This document shows, piece after piece, positions 40,276-50,097 of a stretch of DNA of 64,000 bases. The position numbers and the translations under genes were made by a program. Location: positions 704,001-768,000 of the forward strand of contig CAWJEN010000005.1 in the NCBI GenBank assembly GCA_963841915.1. The letters run 5' to 3'. The notes below the pieces were generated by a model. It had not been told where the DNA came from. It was given only the letters and a program-made list of their open reading frames with translations, and searched no databases. The first letter of the stretch is position 1. Each line of letters begins with the position of its first letter. Source of the stretch: an uncultured Planctomycetota bacterium. GTDB lineage: Bacteria; Planctomycetota; Phycisphaerae; Tepidisphaerales; Tepidisphaeraceae.

Positions 40276-41982
40276 TTAGAACTCCCGCCGCTGCCTGGCT
40301 GTCGGGATCGCCAGCAGTTTACGGTACTTGGCCACCGTACGACGGGCCAGCTCGATGCCCTGATCGGCGAGCTTTTCGACAATCTCGTCGTCGTTAAGCG
40401 GGTTGGCCTTGTCTTCCCGCTCGATGATGCCGCGAAGCTTCTCCTTGACCGCGTCCCAGCTCATGTCCTGACCGTCTTCGGTCGTCGTACCGCCCGAGAA
40501 GAAGCGACGCAGCGGGAACAGGCCACGTGGCGTGTCGATCCACTTCTCGCTCACAGCCCGGCTGACGGTGGCGACGTGGATCCCCAGTTCCTCGGCCACG
40601 CCGATCATCGGCAGCGGCTTGAGGGCTTCAGGGCCCTTCTCGAAAAAGTCCTTCTGGTGCTCGACGACCTTGCGAATGACCCGCTCGATCGTGCCGCGAC
40701 GTTGCTCGATCGACTCGATGAGCCAGCGTGCGTTGCGGACGTTGTTCCCGAGAAACTCCCGAATTTCCTTACGTTCGCCCTTGGAGCGGAAGGCGCCATC
40801 GGTGCCGTTGACGTCGTGACCGTTGGCGGCACCCTGGCCGTCCGGGGATGAGTCGATAACGCCGTCATCGTCGAAATCGTCACTGTGGCCGTTGGTTCCA
40901 TTGACGGCGTTGGAGGCTCGCGTCTGGCGGAGCAGCTTGCGGTAGAGCGCCCGGATTTGCAGATCCGGCGCCGGGTCGCGGGCCATGGCGACGTCGTACT
41001 CCTTCGTGTCCTCGTTGAAGCGGATCGTCGCGTCGGGCGTGATGGGCGGTGCTTCGTCGGGAGCGACGAGCTTGCCTGGGTGCGGGTGAAGGCGACCAAG
41101 CCGCGCCACGGCCGCCTTGAGCTCGTCGATGCTGCGGCCTGTCTTGCGGCTGATCTGCGGATACCGGTTCTGCTCGAGGTCCTTGAGGTGCTTCGTCACG
41201 AGGCACCGCTCGAGCTCGAAGTCATGCCCCTCGGCCAGCTCCTCGTCACGTTCCAGCGCATCGAGCTGAAGCAGAAGACAATCAGCCAAATCACGCGCCC
41301 CGACACCGGCCGGCTCGAGGTGGCGACGAATCAGGTGATGGGCCCTGTCGAAAGCCTCGACGCTCGGCACGTCGACGCTCCTGCCGCGGTCCAGGGCGTC
41401 TTGTCGAACGTCCTCAGGCGGTTGCGGCAGGTAGCCGCGGTCGTCGAGGTAGCCGATAAGGATGCGACCGGCCTTGCAGATGGCTTTGTCACCCTCGGGT
41501 GAGTCGGCACAAAAGTCGGTGAGGGTCCACTGCTCGAGCAGGTGCTCGTCGAGGCTCGCCCCACGGGCGGCCGTGTTGTTCATCGCGTCGAGCTTGGCAT
41601 CGCGCTCACCGGCATAGCTGCCGATGCTTGGCCCGTGGGCGTCGCGTCCGCCTGCCCGGTCATAGCTGGGGCTGTATTCCTCGTTCTCGAGGTAATCGCT
41701 GATCCGATCGAGACGGGCAAAATCGTCAGCGGTCGCTTCGGAGTCGTTGCCGAGGTCGAGGGCACTATTCTCTTCTCGAGTGCCTTCGTTGACGTCCGGA
41801 AGGTCTTCGCGATTGGCTCGCTCTTCGTGAACTTCAAGAACGGGGTTGCGCTCGAGTTCCTGCTCAATTCGCTCCTCCAAAGCCGTCAAAGGCATCTGGA
41901 GGATCTCCATCGACTGAATCATCCTCGGCGTCAGCAGCTGGCGCTGCTCCATACGAAGGCCGGTGGATTGCGTGAGCTGCAT
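40276..41982 (-). CDS. rpoN: RNA polymerase sigma-54 factor
   Basis: MIQSMEILQ, ELERNPVLE, EPAGVGARDL, ATVSRAV, RpoN box ARRTVAKYR. Confidence 0.97.
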   Translation of the reverse strand: MQLTQSTGLRMEQRQLLTPRMIQSMEILQMPLTALEERIEQELERNPVLEVHEERANREDLPDVNEGTREENSALDLGNDSEATADDFARLDRISDYLENEEYSPSYDRAGGRDAHGPSIGSYAGERDAKLDAMNNTAARGASLDEHLLEQWTLTDFCADSPEGDKAICKAGRILIGYLDDRGYLPQPPEDVRQDALDRGRSVDVPSVEAFDRAHHLIRRHLEPAGVGARDLADCLLLQLDALERDEELAEGHDFELERCLVTKHLKDLEQNRYPQISRKTGRSIDELKAAVARLGRLHPHPGKLVAPDEAPPITPDATIRFNEDTKEYDVAMARDPAPDLQIRALYRKLLRQTRASNAVNGTNGHSDDFDDDGVIDSSPDGQGAANGHDVNGTDGAFRSKGERKEIREFLGNNVRNARWLIESIEQRRGTIERVIRKVVEHQKDFFEKGPEALKPLPMIGVAEELGIHVATVSRAVSEKWIDTPRGLFPLRRFFSGGTTTEDGQDMSWDAVKEKLRGIIEREDKANPLNDDEIVEKLADQGIELARRTVAKYRKLLAIPTARQRREF

Positions 41983-42082
41983 GGTGGGCTTGATCCTGAG
42001 TCGCGCTAAATCGAGTCTGCCTGCCGCCTGCCGGGTCGATGCCCGCCATGTTACAGCCACATCAAGCTGAATCGGGCACGCC

Positions 42083-42099
42083 TCGGTACGGCGTTTGCT
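42083..42099 (+). promoter_or_regulatory. Sigma54 -24/-12 promoter of the TadG-like gene
   Basis: TCGGTACGGCGTTTGCT, i.e. GG-N10-GC with TTGC. Confidence 0.6.
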
Positions 42100-42229
42100 G
42101 TCTTACAGTACTCTACCGCATCGTCGGCCGAAGCCAACGGCTGAAATCGATGCGTCAGGCCGATCCTTTCTGTGCGTCCGATAGCGATACGGTCTCCGAC
42201 AGGCGTCTGCTTGAATGGCATGTCACAGC

Positions 42230-43435
42230 ATGCGCCAGTTCCTTCAGCCGAATGCAGTGTCTCCTCCTCGCCCAAGGCGGGGGTCCGTGCTGATGATGTC
42301 GTTGTTCATCATCATGCTCATGCTTGCCCTGTCGGCCATCTCGGTTGATGTCGGCATGGTCGCCTCCGCACGATCTGAACTGCAAACGGCGGTCGACAGC
42401 GTGGCAAGGCATGGAGCCAACGGACTCAAAAGCAGCGTCGCCATCGCTAGAAGCAACGTTGCTTCCGCTGCGTCGGACAACGCGATCTTCGGCCACGGCA
42501 TCACAGCGGCCGACGAGACGATCGAGTTCGGGACGTGGGACTCGTTCAGCCGAACCTTTACCGTCAAAGACGATGACGACGAGTCGATCGATGCCATTCG
42601 ATACACCGTCACTCTCGATGCAGATGCCGGCCGAGGCGTTGAGACGCTGTTTGGGAGGATGATCGGCATCGAGCAAATGACCGTCGAGGCCTCGGCCGTC
42701 GCACGCGTCAACAAGGTGATCGAAGAGATCACGGTGCCCGCGACGGCCAACCCCTGGCTCGCCGGCAGCCCGTACGGAACGGTGGCCAATCAGTTGAACC
42801 CACACGGCAACCCCGACTACGCAGGCGTCGTCGGCAGCAGCGGCTCGCCGTTCGGCTACAGCATTCCCAGTAGCTCCATCGCATCCCTCGCTTTCGACAG
42901 TATCTCAGGCGGTTCGGGGTTTAGCTCGAGCAAGAGCGCTTACTCCAACGCTGACGGACTGAAGAACAGCATCTGGAACAACCGCTTTGCCACCGGCAAA
43001 GTCCGCGACAAGGACCAGCAATACATCGATCGGGACGGCGACGGCAAGCCCGACAGTGGCTGGAACGGGTTCCACAATGACGACGCCGAAGGCACGTATG
43101 GGAGCGAAAACGGCAAGAGCGACCTCATCGCCCCGGCCAACTCGATCATCGGCATCTTCCTGGGACCCAACGGCCCGATCGTCGGTGAGGAGCCTGACGG
43201 CCTCGACTTCTCCACAAAGAGCAGCCGAAACTTCACCAAGCTCTCGCCAAAGATTGCTCAGCCCTTCTTCATCGGCGACGGACTCAACGACAACGGTGTC
43301 ACTCAGGAATTCGTCATCCCAGAAGGAGCGACGCGTCTCTTCTTCGGCGTCATGGACATGTACGAGTGGAGCAACAACGTCGGCGGCTACTCGACCAGCA
43401 TCAAGGAGTATGGCAAGGTCTCGCTGGTGAAGTAG
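42230..43435 (+). CDS. TadG-like pilus-associated protein with a C-terminal extracellular domain
   Basis: RRGSVLM-hydrophobic helix-VDVGMVASARSELQTAVDSVARHG Tad N-terminus; IEFGTWD. Confidence 0.8.
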   Translation: MRQFLQPNAVSPPRPRRGSVLMMSLFIIMLMLALSAISVDVGMVASARSELQTAVDSVARHGANGLKSSVAIARSNVASAASDNAIFGHGITAADETIEFGTWDSFSRTFTVKDDDDESIDAIRYTVTLDADAGRGVETLFGRMIGIEQMTVEASAVARVNKVIEEITVPATANPWLAGSPYGTVANQLNPHGNPDYAGVVGSSGSPFGYSIPSSSIASLAFDSISGGSGFSSSKSAYSNADGLKNSIWNNRFATGKVRDKDQQYIDRDGDGKPDSGWNGFHNDDAEGTYGSENGKSDLIAPANSIIGIFLGPNGPIVGEEPDGLDFSTKSSRNFTKLSPKIAQPFFIGDGLNDNGVTQEFVIPEGATRLFFGVMDMYEWSNNVGGYSTSIKEYGKVSLVK

Positions 43436-43505
43436 CCTCCTGCCGGTCGAGCTTCATTATTTCCCGCCTTCCGTCACACCGCCCCGCGCCTAAGACTGTT
43501 TCGAC

Positions 43506-43772
43506 ATGGCCCACGTCATCGCCCAGCCCTGCATCGGTACCAAGGACACGAGTTGCGTCGAGGTTTGTCCCGTCGACTGCATCCACCCGCTGACGGAAGC
43601 CGACAACTACGAGGGCGCCGAGCAGCTCTACATCGACCCCGACGTCTGCATCGACTGCGGACTGTGCGTCGACGAGTGCCCGGTCCAGGCCATTTTTCCT
43701 CAGGAAGATCTGCCTGCCGAGTGGGCCGAGTTCATCGAGAAGAATGCAAAGTACTTCGAAGACAACGGTTAA
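43506..43772 (+). CDS. 7Fe (FdxA-type) ferredoxin
   Basis: CIGTKDTSCVEVCPVDC and CIDCGLCVDECP. Confidence 0.95.
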   Translation: MAHVIAQPCIGTKDTSCVEVCPVDCIHPLTEADNYEGAEQLYIDPDVCIDCGLCVDECPVQAIFPQEDLPAEWAEFIEKNAKYFEDNG

Positions 43773-43795
43773 GGCCTGAGGCGTAGCGAGACACG

Positions 43796-43833
43796 ACGGC
43801 AAAGTCTTTTCAGCGGCTTTGCCGTTTCCTTTT
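43796..43833 (+). terminator. Probable intrinsic terminator after the ferredoxin gene
   Basis: ACGGCAAAG...CTTTGCCGT followed by TTCCTTTT. Confidence 0.55.
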
Positions 43834-43998
43834 GGCCTCACTGCTCCGCGTTGCGACCATCGAGATCGTCACGACCACGCCGGCGAACGGAAACACCTGC
43901 ACGTCCAGCAGGCCGGTCAGCACCCACCGCGATGGCCCTCGTGGCGGTGGTCGTCGCATCTACTGAGCGTAAGGGCTTGCCGGGGCGTATGACTGTGC

Positions 43999-46302
43999 AT
44001 GGCCGATCTGCTCGTAGAGAACATGCACTGTGCGAGCTGCGTCGCCAACGTCAATAGGGCCGCCAGGAACATCGAGGGCGTGCGTGACATCACGATTGAC
44101 CTCGCGGGCGGTCGAGCCAGCGTTCGGCTCGATGACGAGGCCGAGGCCGACGCAGTCGCACGTGCCATCAGCGGCGTCGGCTTTCCTGCCAAGGTCGTGG
44201 CCGCCGGAGAGTCGCTGGCCGACCGAGCGGGCGCTTCCAAGGAGCGGCAAAACCAGAGCCGCCTCGATGCCGACGCGTGGAAGCGACGCGCCATCATCGG
44301 CCTGATCTGCTGGGTCCCGGCCGAGACGCTTCATTGGATCGGCATGATCGGTGGTGGACACGAAGGACTCACCTGGCACACCTGGGTCGGCGTGGCGGCG
44401 GGTGTGATCGTCCTGCTCGTCGCCGGTCGAGCGTTCTTCGCCAGCGCCTGGCGGGCGGCCAAGCTCGGGCAGACCAACATGGACACGCTCATCGCCCTGG
44501 GCGGTGGGACGGCATTCGCGTACTCCACCGTCGCCCTATTCGGCCATCTCCTTGCAGGCTGGCCTTTACCCGCGCTCTACTTTGCCGAATCGGCGGCATT
44601 GTTCACGCTCATCTCGCTGGGCCACTGGCTCGAAGCCCGCGCTCGTGACAAGACGGGCGACGCGATTCGCACCCTGCTCGACCTCGCTCCACCGACGGCG
44701 TTGCGATTGCCACGACGTGATGCAGAAGTGTCGAACTCTGGTGGCAAGGGCAAACGGCTTTCACTCACCGTCAAGCAGCCCGACCCCGAAGAGGTTCCCG
44801 CCAGCAGCCTCCGCGTCGGTGATCGAATTCTCGTGAAGCCGGCGATGAAGCTCCCGGCAGACGGCACCGTCGAGTCGGGCACGGGTGGCGTTGACGAGTC
44901 GATGCTTACAGGTGAGCCGCTTCCTGTTGCCAAAAAACAAGGTGACAGCGTTGTCGGTGGCAGCGTCAACAAGGAGGGCTCGCTCGTCGTCCGCGTCACC
45001 GCCGCCGGCAGCAACACGACGCTGGCGGGCATCGTCCGTATGGTGGAAACGGCACAGGCAAGTCGCCCGCCGGTGCAAAAGCTGGCAGACAAGATTTCAG
45101 CAATATTCGTCCCGACGGTGCTCGCCATCGCGTTGGTGACTGCGGCGGCGTGGCTGATCATCGGCTTTGCCGGTGACGCACCTGCCGCCACTGTCTGGGG
45201 CAACGCCGCTCGCGCGACGTGCAGCGTGCTCATCATCGCCTGCCCGTGCGCGCTGGGCCTTGCCGTCCCGGCAGCACTCATGGTCGGCACCGGCGTCGGC
45301 GCACGACGCGGCATCCTGCTCCGAGACGTCGACGCCATTCAATCAGCGGAAAAGGTCGACACGGTCGTCTTTGACAAAACCGGCACGCTCACCACCGGTC
45401 GGCCGCAGGTCGTTGCCGTCGAGCCGAGGGGCGACATGACCGGCGATGACCTGCTCCGCCTGGCCGCCTCGGCCGAACGGGGTAGCGAGCACCCGCTGGC
45501 TCAAGCGATCGTCGCCCATGCCCGTTCACGCGGACTCGACCTGCTCGACGCAACCGACTTCAAGAACCATCCTGGACTCGGTGTCGAGGCAACGGTCGAC
45601 GGTCGCAAGCTCACGGTCGGGCACGCCGAACTGCTCCAGGGCGACGAGGTGCCGGAAGTCGAGCCCTCGCCCGGGACGGACGACACGGCGCTGCAGGCGG
45701 CAACGGCAGTGACCATCGGCGAAGCCGGCGAAAAGCTTGGCCGCATTCTTCTTTCCGATGAGCCCAAACCCGACGCCGCAGACATCGTTGCCTTGCTCAA
45801 GAGCCGCGGGATTCGGGTGGCGATGCTCACGGGCGATCGGCACGAGGCGGCCGTTGCGGTGGCGGCGCTCATCGGTATCGATCGAGACGATGTCCACGCT
45901 GACGTTCGACCCGGCGGCAAGCAGGAAGTCGTTGCCGATCTCAAGACGGGCGGCCACCGCGTGGCGATGGTGGGAGACGGCGTCAACGACGCCCCGGCAC
46001 TGGCTGCCGCCGATGTCGGTATCGCCATCGGTGGCGGCACCGACGCTGCCAAAGAAGCCGGCCATGTCGTGCTGGTCGGCGACCGTCTCAGCGACGTTGC
46101 CGCAGCGCTGAACCTCAGCGGCGCGACGATGAAGGTCATCCGCCAGAATCTGTTCTTCGCTTTTGCTTACAACGCCATCGCGATTCCGATTGCTGCACTG
46201 GGTTTGCTCAACCCCGCCATCGCCGCCGGTGCGATGGCGTTGAGCGATGTCAGCGTCTTGGGCAACGCGCTGCGTCTTCGCCGGGCGAAGATCAACGGGT
46301 AA
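43999..46302 (+). CDS. copA: Copper-translocating P1B-type ATPase
   Basis: MHCASC metal-binding domain, TGE, IACPCALG, DKTGTLT, SEHP, GDGVND, YN motif. Confidence 0.9.
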   Translation: MADLLVENMHCASCVANVNRAARNIEGVRDITIDLAGGRASVRLDDEAEADAVARAISGVGFPAKVVAAGESLADRAGASKERQNQSRLDADAWKRRAIIGLICWVPAETLHWIGMIGGGHEGLTWHTWVGVAAGVIVLLVAGRAFFASAWRAAKLGQTNMDTLIALGGGTAFAYSTVALFGHLLAGWPLPALYFAESAALFTLISLGHWLEARARDKTGDAIRTLLDLAPPTALRLPRRDAEVSNSGGKGKRLSLTVKQPDPEEVPASSLRVGDRILVKPAMKLPADGTVESGTGGVDESMLTGEPLPVAKKQGDSVVGGSVNKEGSLVVRVTAAGSNTTLAGIVRMVETAQASRPPVQKLADKISAIFVPTVLAIALVTAAAWLIIGFAGDAPAATVWGNAARATCSVLIIACPCALGLAVPAALMVGTGVGARRGILLRDVDAIQSAEKVDTVVFDKTGTLTTGRPQVVAVEPRGDMTGDDLLRLAASAERGSEHPLAQAIVAHARSRGLDLLDATDFKNHPGLGVEATVDGRKLTVGHAELLQGDEVPEVEPSPGTDDTALQAATAVTIGEAGEKLGRILLSDEPKPDAADIVALLKSRGIRVAMLTGDRHEAAVAVAALIGIDRDDVHADVRPGGKQEVVADLKTGGHRVAMVGDGVNDAPALAAADVGIAIGGGTDAAKEAGHVVLVGDRLSDVAAALNLSGATMKVIRQNLFFAFAYNAIAIPIAALGLLNPAIAAGAMALSDVSVLGNALRLRRAKING

Positions 46303-46316
46303 CATCTCGCGAACTC

Positions 46317-48377
46317 GTGTCAGACACCGCCGCCGATGAACAGACGCCTGATCTTGCGGCGCGGCTTGCGCCTGGCGGCAGTGTCGCGCGGCGTCTCGGT
46401 GAGTCGTTCGAGGCACGCCAGCAGCAGATCGATCTGGCAGCAGCGGTCGAACAAGCGTTCCTCACCGGTAAGCACCTGGTGGCCGAGGCCGGAACCGGCG
46501 TGGGCAAGTCCTTCGCTTACCTGTTACCGGCCATAGACGCGGCGGCGAAGCGGAAGAAGCGCGTCGTCGTCTCGACGCACACCATCGCGCTGCAGGAACA
46601 GATCATCGAGAAGGACGTGCCGCTGCTCCGGGCGGCTTACGACGACGAGTTTTCAGCGGTGCTGGTCAAAGGTCGCGGCAACTACCTGTGCCTGCGGCGA
46701 CTCGACGCCGCGTCGCGCAGGCAGTCGCACCTCTTCGATACCGAAGCCCAGCGTCGCAGCCTGACTGATCTGCAGGAGTGGGCCAGTGAAACAACGAGCG
46801 GGGATGTCGGGAGCCTGCCGGTGCTCCCTGACATGCGCGTCTGGGACGCCGCCAAGGCCGAGGCCGGCAACTGCATGGGCAAGCGGTGCAAGTACTTTAA
46901 GGCGTGTCACTGGCAGGCGGCCAAGCGGCGGATGCAGACGGCCAACCTGCTCGTCGTCAACCACGCGCTTTTCTTCAGCGACCTGGCACTGCGGCTGGCG
47001 GGTGTGCAATACCTGCCCAAGTACGACCATGTCGTCTTCGACGAAGCCCACACGCTCGAAGACGCAGCCGCACAACACTTCGGACTCCGCGTCACCGAGG
47101 GCGGCGTCTTCTTTGCCCTGAAGCACCTCTTCGACGTCAAACGCACCAAAGGCTTCCTCACCGGACTGACCAACGTCGGCGGTGGCAAAGTCGACGAACT
47201 GCTCGGCCTCGTCGTTGATGCCCAGGCGGCGGCAGAGGCGTTCTTCGAGCGGACGCTCTCCTGGCGCGATCGGCACGGCGGCGGTAACGGTCGCGTTCGG
47301 CAACCCGGCTTCGTGCAGGACGACCTGTCGCCGCGACTCGAGGAGATCGCCAAGCGACTCAAAGATGTCGCCGGCAGCTTCGACGATGAAGACGAGACGC
47401 AGCTCGAACGCAAGATGGAGACGACAGCCCAAAGCGAAAAGGTGCGCGTGCTGGCGGGTGGCATCGCAGCCGTCGTCGGGCAGACGATGCCTGACGCGGT
47501 GTATTGGGTGGACGCGACCGGCCGCACCCCGCGGCGTGCGAGTCTGCACGCCAGCCCGGTCGACGTCGGGGAAGGCTTGAAGCTCGCCCTGTGGAGCAAG
47601 ACACCCGGCTGTGTCCTCACGAGCGCCACCTTGGCGACAACGGCACAGGCCAGCGAGGGGAAAACGGTCGACGCGGGTTTCGACCACGTGCGACGCAGAC
47701 TTGGGCTGGGCGACGACGTTGCGGCAAAGCGGTTCGGGTCGCCTTTCGACTACAGGGAGCAAGCCAAGCTGTACGTTGAGACGGGGCTTCCCGAGCCGTC
47801 GGACCAACGGTTCGCCGAGCAGGCGGCAGAGCGAATTCTGCACTGGGTCAAGCACACCGACGGCGGCGCGTTTGTTTTGTTCACCAGCTACAAAGCGCTC
47901 ATCGACGCGGCGAATCGTCTGGCAGCAGACCTGGAACACCTAGGTTATCCACTACTGGTCCAAGGCCAGCAGGCACCGCGGCGGACGCTGCTTTCCCGCT
48001 TCAGAACCGAGAAGAACGCCGTTCTGTTCGGCACAAGCTCGTTCTGGCAGGGCGTCGACGTGCGCGGCGAGACGCTGCGGAACGTCATTATCCACAAGCT
48101 GCCCTTCGCCGTCCCGGACGATCCGGTCCAGCAAGCCAGGGTCGAGCGTGTGGTGGCGACCGGTGGCAATGGGTTCACCGATTACTCGGTGCCCGAGGCC
48201 GTCATCAAGCTCAAGCAGGGCTTTGGTCGGCTGATCCGCTCGCGGAGTGATCGCGGCATCGTGGTGCTGCTCGATGGCCGCATCCTGAGCCGTCGGTACG
48301 GGCGGCAATTTCTTGACGCGCTTCCGGATGTTTTGGTCGAGCAGGTCGACGTTCGCGCGGAGGGTCATCGCGGTTAG
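46317..48377 (+). CDS. dinG: DinG/YoaA family Fe-S helicase
   Basis: EAGTGVGKS, KGRGNYLC, C-x4-C-x5-C cluster, DEAH, SPFDY, FWQGVDV, KQGFGRLIR. Confidence 0.9.
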   Translation: MSDTAADEQTPDLAARLAPGGSVARRLGESFEARQQQIDLAAAVEQAFLTGKHLVAEAGTGVGKSFAYLLPAIDAAAKRKKRVVVSTHTIALQEQIIEKDVPLLRAAYDDEFSAVLVKGRGNYLCLRRLDAASRRQSHLFDTEAQRRSLTDLQEWASETTSGDVGSLPVLPDMRVWDAAKAEAGNCMGKRCKYFKACHWQAAKRRMQTANLLVVNHALFFSDLALRLAGVQYLPKYDHVVFDEAHTLEDAAAQHFGLRVTEGGVFFALKHLFDVKRTKGFLTGLTNVGGGKVDELLGLVVDAQAAAEAFFERTLSWRDRHGGGNGRVRQPGFVQDDLSPRLEEIAKRLKDVAGSFDDEDETQLERKMETTAQSEKVRVLAGGIAAVVGQTMPDAVYWVDATGRTPRRASLHASPVDVGEGLKLALWSKTPGCVLTSATLATTAQASEGKTVDAGFDHVRRRLGLGDDVAAKRFGSPFDYREQAKLYVETGLPEPSDQRFAEQAAERILHWVKHTDGGAFVLFTSYKALIDAANRLAADLEHLGYPLLVQGQQAPRRTLLSRFRTEKNAVLFGTSSFWQGVDVRGETLRNVIIHKLPFAVPDDPVQQARVERVVATGGNGFTDYSVPEAVIKLKQGFGRLIRSRSDRGIVVLLDGRILSRRYGRQFLDALPDVLVEQVDVRAEGHRG

Positions 48378-48387
48378 TGTTGTCGGC

Positions 48388-49509
48388 ATGACGCATGTGT
48401 TGAGCCGACGCCAACTCCTCACCGCCGCCGCCGCTTCGCCGTTCGTGCTTGCCGCGGGTGTCATTGCTGATGAACCCGTGCCGGAGGATCAGAAGATCGG
48501 ATTCGCCATCGCCGGCCTCGGCAGCTACGCGACGAACCAGATTCTGCCCAACATCGCCAGGACGACACATTGTCGTGTGACGGCGCTGGTGACGGGCGAC
48601 CCTGAGGGCAAAGGTCAACGCATCGCCGAGCAGTACGGCGTGCCTGCTGAGAACGTCGTGACCTACGACGACATCGGCAAGCTGAGCAATCGCGCGGGCG
48701 TGGACGTGCTCTATGTCATCACGCCGACCGGTCTGCACATGCAGCACACGCTGGCTGGTTTCGATGCCGGGATGCACGTGCTTTGCGAGAAGCCGATGGC
48801 CACCGACGTCGGCGAGTGCGATCGCATGATCCAGGCAGGCCAGGACGCGGGTAAGCAACTCATGATCGGGTATCGCGTCCACTTCGAGCCGCACAATCAG
48901 CGTGCGATCGAGATGGCCCGCGAGGAGAAGGTCGGACCGCTCCGTCACTTCGAGGGCACCATCGCCTACAACCGCGGCGGCTTCGACGACACATGGCGGA
49001 GCGACTACGAACTGGCCGGTCGCGGCGGGCCATTGATGGATTTAGGCATCTACATGGTCAACGCCGCCCGGTACATCACCGGCGAAGAACCCTTCCGCGT
49101 GCTGGCACGCTTCACCGTTCCTGCTGACGCACCGGCCAGGGCCAAAGGACTTGAGACGCGGTGCTCGTGGCACTTCGACTTTCCGTCGGGCGTAACGGCC
49201 AGTTCGACGACCGGCTACGACCTGTCGGGTGGCAACACCTATCGCGTGATCGGTAGCAACGGCTGGTTCGAGCTTGAGCCGGCGACCGCTTACGGTGGGA
49301 TTCAACTCTTCGAGCGTGCCGGCCGCAGCCGCGGATCGGTCGACGACATCGACGAGCGCAACCAGTTTGCCACGATGCTCGACCACTTCGCCACGAGCCT
49401 GAAGGAGAACAAGCCGAACCTAACGCCCGGCGAAGAAGGCCGCCGCGATGTCCACGTCATGCGGCGCATCTACGACTCGGCCCGCGAAGGACGGGCGCTG
49501 GAGCTGTAG
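48388..49509 (+). CDS. Tat-exported Gfo/Idh/MocA oxidoreductase (glucose-fructose oxidoreductase-like)
   Basis: SRRQLL Tat motif; AGLGSYA, HVLCEKPMA, GGPLMDLGIY. Confidence 0.9.
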   Translation: MTHVLSRRQLLTAAAASPFVLAAGVIADEPVPEDQKIGFAIAGLGSYATNQILPNIARTTHCRVTALVTGDPEGKGQRIAEQYGVPAENVVTYDDIGKLSNRAGVDVLYVITPTGLHMQHTLAGFDAGMHVLCEKPMATDVGECDRMIQAGQDAGKQLMIGYRVHFEPHNQRAIEMAREEKVGPLRHFEGTIAYNRGGFDDTWRSDYELAGRGGPLMDLGIYMVNAARYITGEEPFRVLARFTVPADAPARAKGLETRCSWHFDFPSGVTASSTTGYDLSGGNTYRVIGSNGWFELEPATAYGGIQLFERAGRSRGSVDDIDERNQFATMLDHFATSLKENKPNLTPGEEGRRDVHVMRRIYDSAREGRALEL

Positions 49510-49563
49510 CGTGCCGATCAGCAGCAGGTGGCACGCCCTGTCGTCGCAGGCGTAGGTTCCTGT

Positions 49564-50088
49564 GTGCCCGACGCCACGTCAGACTTGTTGCCGTCACCCT
49601 CGACTGCGCACCTTCGCCGCGATGCTGAGGCCAAACGCATCCTGGAGCGGTATGACAGCGACTTTCCGGCGATTATGGCGATGCTCGAACGGCAGTTCGG
49701 CGTGCTGCACAATCGCGTGCAGGTCCTGCTGGCCGTCGCCGGTGTTGTCATCAGCACCGTCGGCTTCAGTGGCAGACTCGTCGCCGGAACAAGCCTGCTC
49801 GCACAGTGGCTCATTGTCAGCGGGTTGTCGCTGATCCTCCTGGCGGCGGCAACGGCCGTGTGGGGCGTGCTGCACCTCCGCTGGCTCACCATGCAGGGCG
49901 GCGAGTCCACTGCCGCCTGGCTCGTCACCAGCCTTCGCTACCGCGATCGCAAAACCAACGCCTACCGCGTTGCAGCTATCTTGCTGCTCTTTGGCCTGAT
50001 GCTGTACGGCGGCGCTCTCGGCGTCATGCTGCTGAACCCTGAAGAAGACGCACTGCCGCCACGCTCACGTGTCATCGAGCGGCCTTGA
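49564..50088 (+). CDS. Small 3-TM hypothetical membrane protein
   Basis: Three hydrophobic helices; start uncertain (49528 or 49564). Confidence 0.7.
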   Translation: MPDATSDLLPSPSTAHLRRDAEAKRILERYDSDFPAIMAMLERQFGVLHNRVQVLLAVAGVVISTVGFSGRLVAGTSLLAQWLIVSGLSLILLAAATAVWGVLHLRWLTMQGGESTAAWLVTSLRYRDRKTNAYRVAAILLLFGLMLYGGALGVMLLNPEEDALPPRSRVIERP

Positions 50089-50097
50089 TCGCCGGCT

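Noticed and set aside
43940..43998. CsoR/CueR copper operator upstream of copA
   Set aside because: No convincing inverted repeat seen
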